A stretch of DNA of 64,000 bases from Antedon mediterranea (Eukaryota > Animalia > Echinodermata), in NCBI RefSeq assembly GCF_964355755.1, contig NC_092672.1, positions 16,629,237 through 16,693,236 on the forward strand, read 5' to 3'. This document shows, piece after piece, positions 13,501-28,500 of the stretch; positions within the stretch are counted from its first letter, which is position 1, and the number at the start of each line of letters is the position of its first letter. A program made the translations under genes and the position numbers. The notes beneath the pieces were generated by a model. It was given only the letters and a program-made list of their open reading frames with translations. It made no database searches and had not been told where the DNA came from.

Positions 13501-16500
13501 GAGACGTTTTAGACCATTCTGTGATTTTCGAAAAAACTTGTTAACATAAAAACATCAAAGTGCTTAAAATCACATTAGAAACCGTTTTAGACCATTTTGA
13601 GCATTTCGATAAAACTTTTCACACAAAAACATTAAAGAGCACAAAATAGCTTAATATCGTATTTAAAAACGTTTTTGACCATTTTGAGCATTTCGAAAAA
13701 AATTTGACACAAAACAGCAAAGTGTACAGAATAGCTTCAAATCGTATTTGGAGACGTTTTAGACCTTTTTGTGATTTTCGAAAAAACTTGTTAACATAAA
13801 AACACCAAAGTGCTTAGAATAGCTTCAAATCGCATTTTGAGACATTTTAGACCCTTTTGTGATTTTTGAAAAAACTTGGTTACACAAAAACACCAAAGTG
13901 CTTAAAAAAAGCTTCAAATTGCATTTGGAGACGTTTTAGACCATTTTGTGATTTTCGAAAAAACTTGTTACAATAAAAACACCAAAGTGCTTAAAATAGC
14001 TTCAAATTGCATTTGGAGACGTTTTAGACCATTTTGTGATTTTCGAAAAAACTTGTTACAATAAAAACACCAAAGTGCTTAGATTAGCTTCAAATCGCAT
14101 TTTGAGACATTTTAGACCCTTTTGTGATTTTTGAAAAAACTTGTTAACATAAAAACACCAAAGAGCTTAGAATAGCTTCAAATCGCATTTTGAGACATTT
14201 TAGACCATTTTGTGATTTTCGAAAAAACTTGTTTGAATAGCTTCAAATCGCATTTGGAGACGTTTTAGACCATTTTGTGATTTTCGAAAAAACTTGTTAA
14301 CATAAAAACATCAAAGTGCTTAGAATAGCTTCAAATCGCATTTGGAGACGTTTTAGACCATTTTGTGATTTTCGAAAAAACTTGTTAACATAAAAACACC
14401 AAAGTGCTTAGAATAGCTTCAAATCGCATTTTGAGACATTTTAGACCATTTTGTGATTTTCGAAAAAACTTGTTAACATAAAAACACCAAAGTGCTTAGA
14501 ATAGCTTCAAATCGCATTTTGAGACATTTTAGACCCTTTTGTGATTTTCGAAAAAACTTGTTAACATAAAAATTCCAAAGTGCTAAGAATAGCTTCAAAT
14601 CGCATTTGGAGACATTTTAGACCACTTTGTGATTTTCGAAAAAACTTGTTAACATAAAAACATCAAAGTGCTTAAAATCACATTAGAAACCGTTTTAGAC
14701 CATTTTGAGCATTTCGATAAAACTTTTCACACAAAAACATCAAAGAGCACAAAATAGCTTAATATCGTATTTAAAAACGTTTTTGACCATTTTGAGCATT
14801 TCGACAAAAAAATTTCACACAAAACAGAAAAGTGTACAGACTAGCTTCAAATCGTATTTGGAGACGTTTTAGACCTTTTTGTGATTTTCGAAAAAACTTG
14901 TTAACATAAAAACACCAAAGTGCTAAGAATAGCTTAAAATCGCATTTTAGACCATTTTGTGTTTTTCGAAAAAACTTGTTAACATAAAAACACCAAAGTG
15001 CTTAAAATCACATTAGAAACCGTTTTAGACCATTTTGAGCATTTCGATAAAACTTTTCACACAAAAACATCAAAGAGCACAAAATAGCTTAATATCGTAA
15101 AAACATCAAAGTGCTTAAAATCACATTAGAAACCGTTTTAGACCATTTTGAGCATTTCGATAAAACTTTTCACACAAAAACATCAAAGAGCACAAAATAG
15201 CTTAATATCGTATTTAAAAACGTTTTTGACCATTTTGAGCATTTCGAAAAAAAAATTTTCACACAAAACAGCAAAGTGCACAGAATAACTTCAAATCGCA
15301 TTTGGAGACGTTTTAGACCTTTTTGTGATTTTCGAAAAAACTTGTTAACATAAAAACACCAAAGTGCTAAGAATAGCTTCAAATCGCATTTGGAGACATT
15401 TTAGACTATTTTGTGTTTTTCGAAAAAACTTGTTAACATAAAAACATCAAAGTGTACAGAATAGCTTCAAATCGCATTTTGAGACATTTTAGACTATTTT
15501 GTGATTTTCGAAAAAACTTGTTAACATAAAAACATCAAAGTGCTTAAAATCACATTAGAAACCGTTTTAGACCATTTTAAGCATTTCGATAAAACTTTTC
15601 ACACAAAAACATCAAAGAGCACAAAATAGCTTAATATCGTATTTAAAAACGTTTTTGACCATTTTGAGCATTTAGACAAAAAATTTTTACACAAAACAGC
15701 AAAGTGTACAGAATAACTTCAAATCGCATTTGGAGACGTTTTAGACCATTTTGTGATTTTCGAAAAAACTTGTTAACATAAAAACATCAAAGTGCTTCAA
15801 ATCACATTAGAAACCGTTTTAGACCATTTTGAGCATTTCGACAAAACTTTTCACACAAAAACATCAAAGAGCACAAAATAGCTTAATATCGTATTTAAAA
15901 ACGTTTTTGACCATTTTGAGCATTTCGACAAAAAAATTTCACACAAAACAGCAAAGTGCACAGAATAACTTCAAATCGCATTTGGAGACGTTTTAGACCA
16001 TTTTGTGATTTTCGAAAAAACTTGTTAACATAAAAACACCAAAGTGCTTAGAATAGCTTCAAATCGCATTTTGAGACATTTTAGACCCTTTTGTGATTTT
16101 TGAAAAAACTTGTTAACATAAAAACATCAAAGTGCTTCAAATCACATTAGAAACCGTTTTAGACCATTTTGAGCATTTCGATAAAACTTTTCACACAAAA
16201 ACATCAAAGAGCACAAAATAGCTTAATATCGTATTTAAAAACGTTTTTGACCATTTTGAGCATTTAGACAAAAAATTTTCAAACAAAACAGCAAAGTGCA
16301 CAGAATAACTTCAAATCGCATTTGGAGACGTTTTAGACCATTCTGTGATTTTCGAAAAAACTTGTTAACATAAAAACATCAAAGTGCTTAGAATAGCTTC
16401 AAATCGCATTTGGAGACGTTTTAGACCATTTTGTGATTTTCGAAAAAACTTGTTAACATAAAAACACCAAAGTGTACAGAATAACTTCAAATCGCATTTG

Positions 16501-19500
16501 GAGACGTTTTAGACCATTTTGTGATTTTTGAAAAAACTTGTTAACATAAAAACACCAAAGTGCTTAGAATAGCTTCAAATCGCATTTTTAGACATTTTAC
16601 ACCCTTTTGTGATTTTCGAAAAAACTTGTTAAAATAAAAACATCAAAGTGTACAGAATAGCTTCAAATCGCATTTGGAGACGTTTTAGACCATTTTGTGA
16701 TTTTGAAAAAAACTTAACATAAAAACACCAAAGAGCTTAGAATAGCTTCAAATCGCATTTTGAGACATTTTAGACCATTTTGTGATTTTCGAAAAAACTT
16801 GTTAAAATAAAAACATCAAAATGTACAGAATAGCTTCAAATCGCATTTGGAGACGTTTTAGACCATTTTGTGATTTTGAAAAAAACTTGTTAACATAAAA
16901 ACACCAAAGTTCTTAGAATAGCTTCAAATCGCATTTGGAGACGTTTTAGACCATTTTGTGATTTTCGAAAAAACTTGTTAACATAAAAACACCAAAGTGC
17001 TTAGAATAGCTTCAAATCGCATTTTGAGACATTTTAGACCCTTTTGTGATTTTCGAAAAAACTTGGTTACACAAAAACACCAAAGTGCTTAAAATAGCTT
17101 CAAATTGCATTTGGAGACGTTTTAGACCATTTTGTGATTTTCGAAAAAACTTGTTACCATAAAAACACCAAAGTGCTTAGATTAGCTTCAAATCGCATTT
17201 TGAGACATTTTAGACCCTTTTGTGATTTTTGAAAAAACTTGTTAACATAAAAACACCAAAGAGCTTAGAATAGCTTCAAATCGCATTTAGAGACATTTTA
17301 GACCATTTTGTGATTTTCGAAAAAACTTGTTTACATAAAAACACCAAAGTGCTTAGAATAGCTTCAAATCACATTTTGAGACATTTTAGACCCTTTTGTG
17401 ATTTTCGAAAAAACTTGTTAACATAAAAATTCCAAAGTGCTAAGAATAGCTTCAAATCGCATTTGGAGACATTTTAGACCACTTTGTGATTTTCGAAAAA
17501 ACTTGTTAACATAAAAACATCAAAGTGCTTAAAATCACATTAGAAACCGTTTTAGACCATTTTGAGCATTTCGATAAAACTTTTCACACAAAAACATCAA
17601 AGAGCACAAAATAGCTTAATATCGTATTTAAAAACGTTTTTGACCATTTTGAGCATTTCGACAAAAAAATTTCACACAAAACAGAAAAGTAGCTTCAAAT
17701 CGTATTTGGAGACGTTTTAGACCTTTTTGTGATTTTCGAAAAAACTTGTTAACATAAAAACACCAAAGTGCTAAGAATAGCTTCAAATCGCATTTTAGAC
17801 CATTTAGTGTTTTTCGAAAAAACTTGTTAACATAAAAACACCAAAGTGCTTAAAATCACATTAGAAACCGTTTTAGACCATTTTGAGCATTTCGATAAAA
17901 CTTTTCACACAAAAACATCAAAGAGCACAAAATAGCTTAATATCGTATTTAAAAACGTTTTTGACCATTTTGAGCATTTCGAAAAAAAAATTTTCACACA
18001 AAACAGCAAAGTGCACAGAATAACTTCAAATCGCATTTGGAGACGTTTTAGACCTTTTTGTGATTTTCGAAAAAACTTGTTAACATAAAAACACCAAAGT
18101 GCTAAGAATAGCTTCAAATCGCATTTGGAGACATTTTAGACCACTTTGTGATTTTCGAAAAAACTTGTTAACATAAAAACATCAAAGTGCTTAAAATCAC
18201 ATTAGAAACCGTTTTAGACCATTTTGAGCATTTCGACAAAAAATTTTCACACAAAACAGCAAAGTGTACAGAATAGCTTCAAATTGTATTTGGAGACGTT
18301 TTAGACCTTTTTGTGATTTTCAAAAAAACTTGTTACCATAAAAACACCAAAGTGCTTAGAATAGCTTCAAATCGCATTTTGAGACGTTTTAGACCATTCT
18401 GTGATTTTCGAAAAAACTTGTTAACATAAAAACATCAAAGTGCTTAAAATCACATTAGAAACCGTTTTAGACCATTTTGAGCATTTCGATAAAACTTTTT
18501 ACACAAAAACATCAAAGAGCACAAAATAGCTTAATATCGTATTTATAAACGTTTTTGACCATTTTGAGCATTTAGACAAAAAATTTTGAAACAAAACAGC
18601 AAAGTGCACAGAATAACTTCAAATCGCATTTGGAGACGTTTTAGACCATTCTGTGATTTTCGAAAAAACTTGTTAACATAAAAACATCAAAGTGCTTAGA
18701 ATAGCTTCAAATCGCATTTGGAGTCGTTTTAGACCATGTTGTGATTTTCGAAAAAACTTTTTAACATAAAAACACCAAAGTGCTTAGAATGGCTTCAAAT
18801 CGCATTTGGAGAAATTTTAGACTATTTTGTGATTTTCGAAAAAACTTAAGATAAAAATATCAAAGTGCTTCAAATCACATTAGAAACCGTTTTAGACCAT
18901 TTTGAGCATTTCGACAAAAATTTTTCACACAAAACAGCAAAGTGTACAGAATAGCTTCAAATCGTATTTGGAGACGTTTTAGACCTTTTTGTGATTTTCG
19001 AAAAAACTTGTTAACATAAAAACACCAAAGTGCTTAGAATAGCTTCAAATCGCATTTGGAGACGTTTTAGACCATTTTTTGATTTTCGAAAAAACTTGTT
19101 AACATAAAAACACCAAAGTGCTTAGAATAGCTTCAAATCGCATTTTGAGACGTTTTAGACCATTCTGTGATTTTCGAAAAAACTTGTTAACATAAAAACA
19201 TCAAAGTGCTTCAAATTACATTAGAAACCGTTTTAGACCATTTTGAGCATTTCGACAAAAATTTTTCACACAAAACAGCAAAGTGTACAGAATAGCTTCA
19301 AATCGTATTTGGAGACGTTTTAGACCTTTTTGTGATTTTCGAAAAAACTTGTTAACTTAAAAACACCAAAGTGCTTAGAATAGCTTCAAATCGCATTTGG
19401 AGACGTTTTAGACCATTTTTTGATTTTCGAAAAAACTTGTTAACATAAAAACACCAAAGTGCTTAGAATAGCTTCAAATCGCATTTTGAGACGTTTTAGA

Positions 19501-22500
19501 CCATTCTGTGATTTTCGAAAAAACTTGTTAACATAAAAACATCAAAGTGCTTAAAATCACATTAGAATCCGTTTTAGACCATTTTGAGCATTTCGATAAA
19601 ACTTTTCAAACAAAAACATCAAAGAGCACAAAATAGCTTAATATCGTATTTAAAAACGTTTTTGACCATTTTGAGCATTTCGACAAAAAATTTTCACACA
19701 AAACAGCAAAGTGCACAGAATAACTTCAAATCGCATTTGGAGACATTTTAGACTATTTTGTGATTTTCGAAAAAACTTAAGATAAAAATATCAAAGTGCT
19801 TCAAAACACATTAGAAACCGTTTTAGACCATTTTGAGCATTTCGACAAAAATTTTTCACACAAAACAGCAAAGTGTACAGAATAGCTTCAAATCGTATTT
19901 GGAGACGTTTTAGACCTTTTTGTGATTTTCGAAAAAACTTGTTAACATAAAAACACCAAATTCTTAGAATAGCTTCAAATCGCATTTTGAGACGTTTTAG
20001 ACCCTTTTGTGATTTTCGAAAAAACTTGGTTACACAAAAACACCAAAGTGCTTAAAATAGCTTCAAATCGCATTTGGAGACATTTTAGACTATTTTGTGA
20101 TTTTCGAAAAAACTTGTTAACATAAAAACATCAAAGTGCTTCAAATCACATTAGAAACCGTTTTAGACCATTTTGAGCATTTCGACAAAAATTTTTCACA
20201 CAAAACAGCAAAGTGTACAGAATAGCTTCAAATCGTATTTGGAGACGTTTTAGACCATTTTTTGATTTTCGAAAAAACTTGTTAACATAAAAACACCAAA
20301 GTGCTTAGAATAGCTTCAAATCGCATTTTGAGACGTTTTAGACAATTCTGTGATTTTCGAAAAAACTTGTTAACATAAAAACATCAAAGTGCTTAAAATC
20401 ACATTAGAATCCGTTTTAGACCATTTTGAGCATTTCGATAAAACTTTTCAAACAAAAACATCAAAGAGCACAAAATAGCTTAATATCGTATTTAAAAACG
20501 TTTTTGACCATTTTGAGCATTTTGACAAAAAATTTTCACACAAAACAGCAAAGTGCACAGAATAACTTCAAATCGCATTTGGAGACGTTTTAAACAATTT
20601 TGTGATTTTCGAAAAAACTTGTTAACATAAAAACACCAAAGTGCTAAGAATAGCTTCAAATCGCATTTGGAGACATTTTAGACCATTTTGTGATTTTCGA
20701 AAAAACTTGTTAAGATAAAAACATCAAAGTGTACACAATAGCTTCAAATCGCATTTGGAGACGTTTTAGACCATTTTGTGATTTTCGAAAAAACTTGTTA
20801 ACATAAAAACACCAAAGTGCTTAGAATAGCTTCAAATCGCATTTTGAGACATTTTAGACCCTTTTGTGATTTTCGAAAAAACTTGGTTACACAAAAACAC
20901 CAAAGTGCTTAAAATAGCTTCAAATCGCATTTGGAGAAGTTTTAAACCATTTTGTGATTTTCGAAAAAACTTGTTAACATAAAAACATCAAAGTGTACAG
21001 AATAACTTCAAATCGCATTTGGAGACGTTTTAGACCATTTTGTGATTTTTGAAAAAACTTGTTAACATAAAAACACCAAAGTGCTTAGAATAGCTTCAAA
21101 TCGCATTTTTAGACATTTTACACCCTTTTGTGATTTTCGAAAAAACTTGTTAAAATAAAAACATCAAAGTGTACAGAATAGCTTCAAATCGCATTTGGAG
21201 ACGTTTTAGACCATTTTGTGATTTTGAAAAAAACTTAACATAAAAACACCAAAGAGCTTAGAATAGCTTCAAATCGCATTTTGAGACATTTTAGACCATT
21301 TTGTGATTTTCGAAAAAACTTGTTAAAATAAAAACATCAAAATGTACAGAATAGCTTCAAATCGCATTTTGAGACGTTTTAGACCATTTTGTGATTTTGA
21401 AAAAAACTTGTTAACATAAAAACACCAAAGAGCTTAGAATAGCTTCAAATCGCATTTTGAGACATTTTAGACCATTTTGTGTTTTTCGAAAAAACTTGTT
21501 AACATAAAAACATCAAAGTGTACAGAATAGCTTCAAATCGTATTTGGAGACGTTTTAGACCATTTTGTGATTTTCGAAAAAACTTGTTAACATAAAAACA
21601 TCAAAGTGCTTAGAATAGCTTCAAATCGCATTTGGAGACGTTTTAGACCATTTTGTGATTTTCGAAAAAACTTGTTAACATAAAAACACCAAAGTGCTTA
21701 GAATAGCTTCAAATCGCATTTTGAGACATTTTAGACCCTTTTGTGATTTTCGAAAAAACTTGGTTACACAAAAACACCAAAGTGCTTAAAATAGCTTCAA
21801 ATCGCATTTAGAGACATTTTAGAATATTTTGTGATTTTCGAAAAAACTTGGTTACACAAAAACACCAAAGTGCTTAAAATCACATTAGAAACCGTTTTAG
21901 ACCATTTTGAGCATTTCGATAAAACTTTTCACACAAAAACATCAAAGAGCACAAAATAGCTTAATATCGTATTTAAAAACGTTTTTGACCATTTTGAGCA
22001 TTTCGACAAAAAAATTTCACACAAAACAGCAAAGTGCACAGAATAACTTCAAATCGCATTTGGAGACGTTTTAGACCATTTTGTGATTTTCGAAAAAACT
22101 TGTTAACATAAAAACACCAAAGTGCTTAGAATAGCTTCAAATCGCATTTTGAGACATTTTAGACCCTTTTGTGATTTTTGAAAAAACTTGTTAACATAAA
22201 AACACCAAAGTGCTTAAAATAGCTTCAAATCGCATTTGGAGAAGTTTTAAACCATTTTGTGATTTTCGAAAAAACTTGTTAACATAAAAACATCAAAGTG
22301 TACAGAATAACTTCAAATCGCATTTGGAGACGTTTTAGACCATTTTGTGATTTTTGAAAAAACTTGTTAACATAAAAACATCAAAGTGCTTCAAATCACA
22401 TTAGAAACCGTTTTAGACCATTTTGAGAATTTCGATAAAACTTTTCACACAAAAACATCAAAGAGCACAAAATAGCTTAATATCGTATTTAAAAACGTTT

Positions 22501-25500
22501 TTGACCATTTTGAGCATTTAGACAAAAAATTTTGAAACAAAACAGCAAAGTGCACAGAATAACTTCAAATCGCATTTGGAGACGTTTTAGACCATTCTGT
22601 GATTTTCGAAAAAACTTGTTAACATAAAAACATCAAAGTGCTTAAAATCACATTAGAAACCGTTTTAGACCATTTTGAGCATTTCGATAAAACTTTTCAC
22701 ACAAAAACATTAAAGAGCACAAAATAGCTTAATATCGTATTTAAAAACGTTTTTGACCATTTTGAGCATTTCGAAAAAAATTTGACACAAAACAGCAAAG
22801 TGTACAGAATAGCTTCAAATCGTATTTGGAGACGTTTTAGACCTTTTTGTGATTTTCGAAAAAACTTGTTAACATAAAAACACCAAAGTGCTTAGAATAG
22901 CTTCAAATCGCATTTTGAGACATTTTAGACCCTTTTGTGATTTTTGAAAAAACTTGGTTACACAAAAACACCAAAGTGCTTAAAAAAAGCTTCAAATTGC
23001 ATTTGGAGACGTTTTAGACCATTTTGTGATTTTCGAAAAAACTTGTTACAATAAAAACACCAAAGTGCTTAAAATAGCTTCAAATTGCATTTGGAGACGT
23101 TTTAGACCATTTTGTGATTTTCGAAAAAACTTGTTACAATAAAAACACCAAAGTGCTTAGATTAGCTTCAAATCGCATTTTGAGACATTTTAGACCCTTT
23201 TGTGATTTTTGAAAAAACTTGTTAACATAAAAACACCAAAGAGCTTAGAATAGCTTCAAATCGCATTTTGAGACATTTTAGACCATTTTGTGATTTTCGA
23301 AAAAACTTGTTTGAATAGCTTCAAATCGCATTTGGAGACGTTTTAGACCATTTTGTGATTTTCGAAAAAACTTGTTAACATAAAAACATCAAAGTGCTTA
23401 GAATAGCTTCAAATCGCATTTGGAGACGTTTTAGACCATTTTGTGATTTTCGAAAAAACTTGTTAACATAAAAACACCAAAGTGCTTAGAATAGCTTCAA
23501 ATCGCATTTTGAGACATTTTAGACCATTTTGTGATTTTCGAAAAAACTTGTTAACATAAAAACACCAAAGTGCTTAGAATAGCTTCAAATCGCATTTTGA
23601 GACATTTTAGACCCTTTTGTGATTTTCGAAAAAACTTGTTAACATAAAAATTCCAAAGTGCTAAGAATAGCTTCAAATCGCATTTGGAGACATTTTAGAC
23701 CACTTTGTGATTTTCGAAAAAACTTGTTAACATAAAAACATCAAAGTGCTTAAAATCACATTAGAAACCGTTTTAGACCATTTTGAGCATTTCGATAAAA
23801 CTTTTCACACAAAAACATCAAAGAGCACAAAATAGCTTAATATCGTATTTAAAAACGTTTTTGACCATTTTGAGCATTTCGACAAAAAAATTTCACACAA
23901 AACAGAAAAGTGTACAGACTAGCTTCAAATCGTATTTGGAGACGTTTTAGACCTTTTTGTGATTTTCGAAAAAACTTGTTAACATAAAAACACCAAAGTG
24001 CTAAGAATAGCTTAAAATCGCATTTTAGACCATTTTGTGTTTTTCGAAAAAACTTGTTAACATAAAAACACCAAAGTGCTTAAAATCACATTAGAAACCG
24101 TTTTAGACCATTTTGAGCATTTCGATAAAACTTTTCACACAAAAACATCAAAGAGCACAAAATAGCTTAATATCGTAAAAACATCAAAGTGCTTAAAATC
24201 ACATTAGAAACCGTTTTAGACCATTTTGAGCATTTCGATAAAACTTTTCACACAAAAACATCAAAGAGCACAAAATAGCTTAATATCGTATTTAAAAACG
24301 TTTTTGACCATTTTGAGCATTTCGAAAAAAAAATTTTCACACAAAACAGCAAAGTGCACAGAATAACTTCAAATCGCATTTGGAGACGTTTTAGACCTTT
24401 TTGTGATTTTCGAAAAAACTTGTTAACATAAAAACACCAAAGTGCTAAGAATAGCTTCAAATCGCATTTGGAGACATTTTAGACTATTTTGTGTTTTTCG
24501 AAAAAACTTGGTAACATAAAAACATCAAAGTGTACAGAATAGCTTCAAATCGCATTTTGAGACATTTTAGACTATTTTGTGATTTTCGAAAAAACTTGTT
24601 AACATAAAAACATCAAAGTGCTTAAAATCACATTAGAAACCGTTTTAGACCATTTTAAGCATTTCGATAAAACTTTTCACACAAAAACATCAAAGAGCAC
24701 AAAATAGCTTAATATCGTATTTAAAAACGTTTTTGACCATTTTGAGCATTTCGACAAAAAATTTTTACACAAAACAGCAAAGTGTACAGAATAACTTCAA
24801 ATCGCATTTGGAGACGTTTTAGACCATTTTGTGATTTTCGAAAAAACTTGTTAACATAAAAACATCAAAGTGCTTCAAATCACATTAGAAACCGTTTTAG
24901 ACCATTTTGAGCATTTCGACAAAACTTTTCACACAAAAACATCAAAGAGCACAAAATAGCTTAATATCGTATTTAAAAACGTTTTTGACCATTTTGAGCA
25001 TTTCGACAAAAAAATTTCACACAAAACAGCAAAGTGCACAGAATAACTTCAAATCGCATTTGGAGACGTTTTAGACCATTTTGTGATTTTCGAAAAAACT
25101 TGTTAACATAAAAACACCAAAGTGCTTAGAATAGCTTCAAATCGCATTTTGAGACATTTTAGACCCTTTTGTGATTTTTGAAAAAACTTGTTAACATAAA
25201 AACATCAAAGTGCTTCAAATCACATTAGAAACCGTTTTAGACCATTTTGAGCATTTCGATAAAACTTTTCACACAAAAACATCAAAGAGCACAAAATAGC
25301 TTAATATCGTATTTAAAAACGTTTTTGACCATTTTGAGCATTTAGACAAAAAATTTTCAAACAAAACAGCAAAGTGCACAGAATAACTTCAAATCGCATT
25401 TGGAGACGTTTTAGACCATTCTGTGATTTTCGAAAAAACTTGTTAACATAAAAACATCAAAGTGCTTAAAATCACATTAGAAACCGTTTTAGACCATTTT

Positions 25501-28500
25501 GAGCATTTCGATAAAACTTTTCACACAAAAACATTAAAGAGCACAAAATAGCTTAATATCGTATTTAAAAACGTTTTTGACCATTTTGAGCATTTCGACA
25601 AAAATTTTTCACACAAAACAGCAAAGTGTACAGAATAGCTTCAAATCGTATTTGGAGACGTTTTAGACCTTTTTGTGATTTTCGAAAAAACTTGTTAACA
25701 TAAAAACACCAAAGTGCTAAGAATAGCTTCAAATCGCATTTGGAGACATTTTAGACCACTTTGTGATTTTCGAAAAAACTTGTTAACATAAAAACATCAA
25801 AGTGCTTAAAATCACATTAGAAACCGTTTTAGACCATTTTGAGCATTTCGACAAAAAATTTTCACACAAAACAGCAAAGTGTACAGAATAGCTTCAAATC
25901 GTATTTGGAGACGTTTTAGACCTTTTTGTGATTTTCAAAAAAACTTGTTAACATAAAAACACCAAAGTGCTTAGAATAGCTTCAAATCGTATTTGGAGAC
26001 GTTTTAGACCTTTTTGTGATTTTCGAAAAAACTTGTTAACATAAAAACACCAAAGTGCTTAGAATAGCTTCAAATCGCATTTGGAGACGTTTTAGACCAT
26101 TCTGTGATTTTCGAAAAAACTTGTTAACATAAAAACATCAAAGTGCTTAAAATCACATTAGAAACCGTTTTAGACCATTTTGAGCATTTCGATAAAACTT
26201 TTCACACAAAAACATCAAAGAGCACAAAATAGCTTAATATCGTATTTAAAAACGTTTTTGACCATTTTGAACATTTAGACAAAAAATTTTCAAACAAAAC
26301 AGCAAAGTGCACAGATTAACTTCAAATCGCATTTGGAGACGTTTTAGAACATTCTGTGATTTTCGAAAAAACTTGTTAACATAAAAACATCAAAGTGCTT
26401 AAAATCACATTAGAAACCGTTTTAGACCATTTTGAGCATTTCGATAAAACTTTTCAGACAAAAACATTAAAGAGCACAAAATAGCTTAATATCGTATTTA
26501 AAAACGTTTTTGACCATTTTGAGCATTCAAAAAAAAATTTCACACAAAACAGCAAAGTGCACAGAATAACTCCAAATCGCATTTGGAGACGTTTTAGACC
26601 ATTTTGTGATTTTCGAAAAAACTTGTTAACATAAAAACACCAAAGTGCTTACAATAGCTTCAAATCGCATTTTGAGACATTTTAGACCCTTTTGTGATTT
26701 TCGAAAAAAACTTGGTTACACAAAAACACCAAAGTGCTTAAAATAGCTTCAAATCGCATTTGGAGACATTTTAGACTATATTGTGATTTTCGAAAAAACT
26801 TGTTAACATAAAAACATCAAAGTGCTTAAAATCACATTAGAAACCGTTTTAGACCATTTTGAGCATTTCGATAAAACTTTTCACACAAAAACATCAAAGA
26901 GCACAAAATACCTTAATATCGTATTCAAAAACGTTTTTGACCATTTTGAGCATTTCGACAAAAATTTTTCACACAAAACAGCAAAGTGTACAGAATAGCT
27001 TCAAATCGTATTTGGAGACGTTTTAGACCTTTTTGTGATTTTCGAAAAAACTTGTTAACATAAAAACATCAAAATGTACAGAATAGCTTCAAATCGCATT
27101 TGGAGACGTTTTAGACCATTTTGTGATTTTGAAAAAAACTTGTTAACATAAAAACACCAAAGAGCTTAGAATAGCTTCAAATCGCATTTTGAGACATTTT
27201 AGACCATTTTGTGTTTTTCGAAAAAACTTGTTAACATAAAAACATCAAAGTGTACAGAATAGCTTCAAATCGCATTTTGAGACGTTTTAGACCATTTTGT
27301 GATTTTCGAAAAAACTTGTTAACATAAAAACATCAAAGTGCTTAAAATCACATTAGAAACCGTTTTAGACCATTTTAAGCATTTCGATAAAACTTTTCAC
27401 ACAAAAACATCAAAGAGCACAGAATAGCTTAATATCGTATTTAAAAACGTTTTTGACCATTTTGAGCATTTCGACAAAAAATTTTTACACAAAACAGCAA
27501 AGTGCACAGAATAACTTCAAATCGCATTTGGAGACGTTTTAGACCATTTTGTGATTTTCGAAAAAACTTGTTAACATAAAAACATCAAAGTGCTTCAAAT
27601 CACATTAGAAACCGTTTTAGACCATTTTGAGCATTTCGACAAAACTTTTCACACAAAAACATCAAAGAGCACAAAATAGCTTAATATCGTATTTAAAAAC
27701 GTTTTTGACCATTTTGAGCATTTCGACAAAAAAATTTCACACAAAACAGCAAAGTGCACAGAATAACTTCAAATCGCATTTGGAGACGTTTTAGACCATT
27801 TTGTGATTTTCGAAAAAACTTGTTAACATAAAAACACCAAAGTGCTTAGAATAGCTTCAAATCGCGTTTTGAGACATTTTAGACCCTTTTGTGATTTTTG
27901 AAAAAACTTGTTAACATAAAAACATCAAAGTGCTTCAAATCACATTAGAAACCGTTTTAGACCATTTTGAGCATTTCGATAAAACTTTTCACACAAAAAC
28001 ATCAAAGAGCACAAAATAGCTTAATATCGTATTTAAAAACGTTTTTGACCATTTTGAGCATTTAGACAAAAAATTTTCAAACAAAACAGCAAAGTGCACA
28101 GAATAACTTCAAATCGCATTTGGAGACGTTTTAGACCATTCTGTGATTTTCGAAAAAACTTGTTAACATAAAAACATCAAAGTGCTTAAAATCACATTAG
28201 AAACCGTTTTAGACCATTTTGAGCATTTCGATAAAACTTTTCACACAAAAACATTAAAGAGCACAAAATAGCTTAATATCGTATTTAAAAACGTTTTTGA
28301 CCATTTTGAGCATTTCGACAAAAATTTTTCACACAAAACAGCAAAGTGTACAGAATAGCTTCAAATCGTATTTGGAGACTTTTTAGACCTTTTTGTGATT
28401 TTCGAAAAAACTTGTTAACATAAAAACACCAAAGTGCTAAGAATAGCTTCAAATCGCATTTGGAGACATTTTAGACCACTTTGTGATTTTCGAAAAAACT

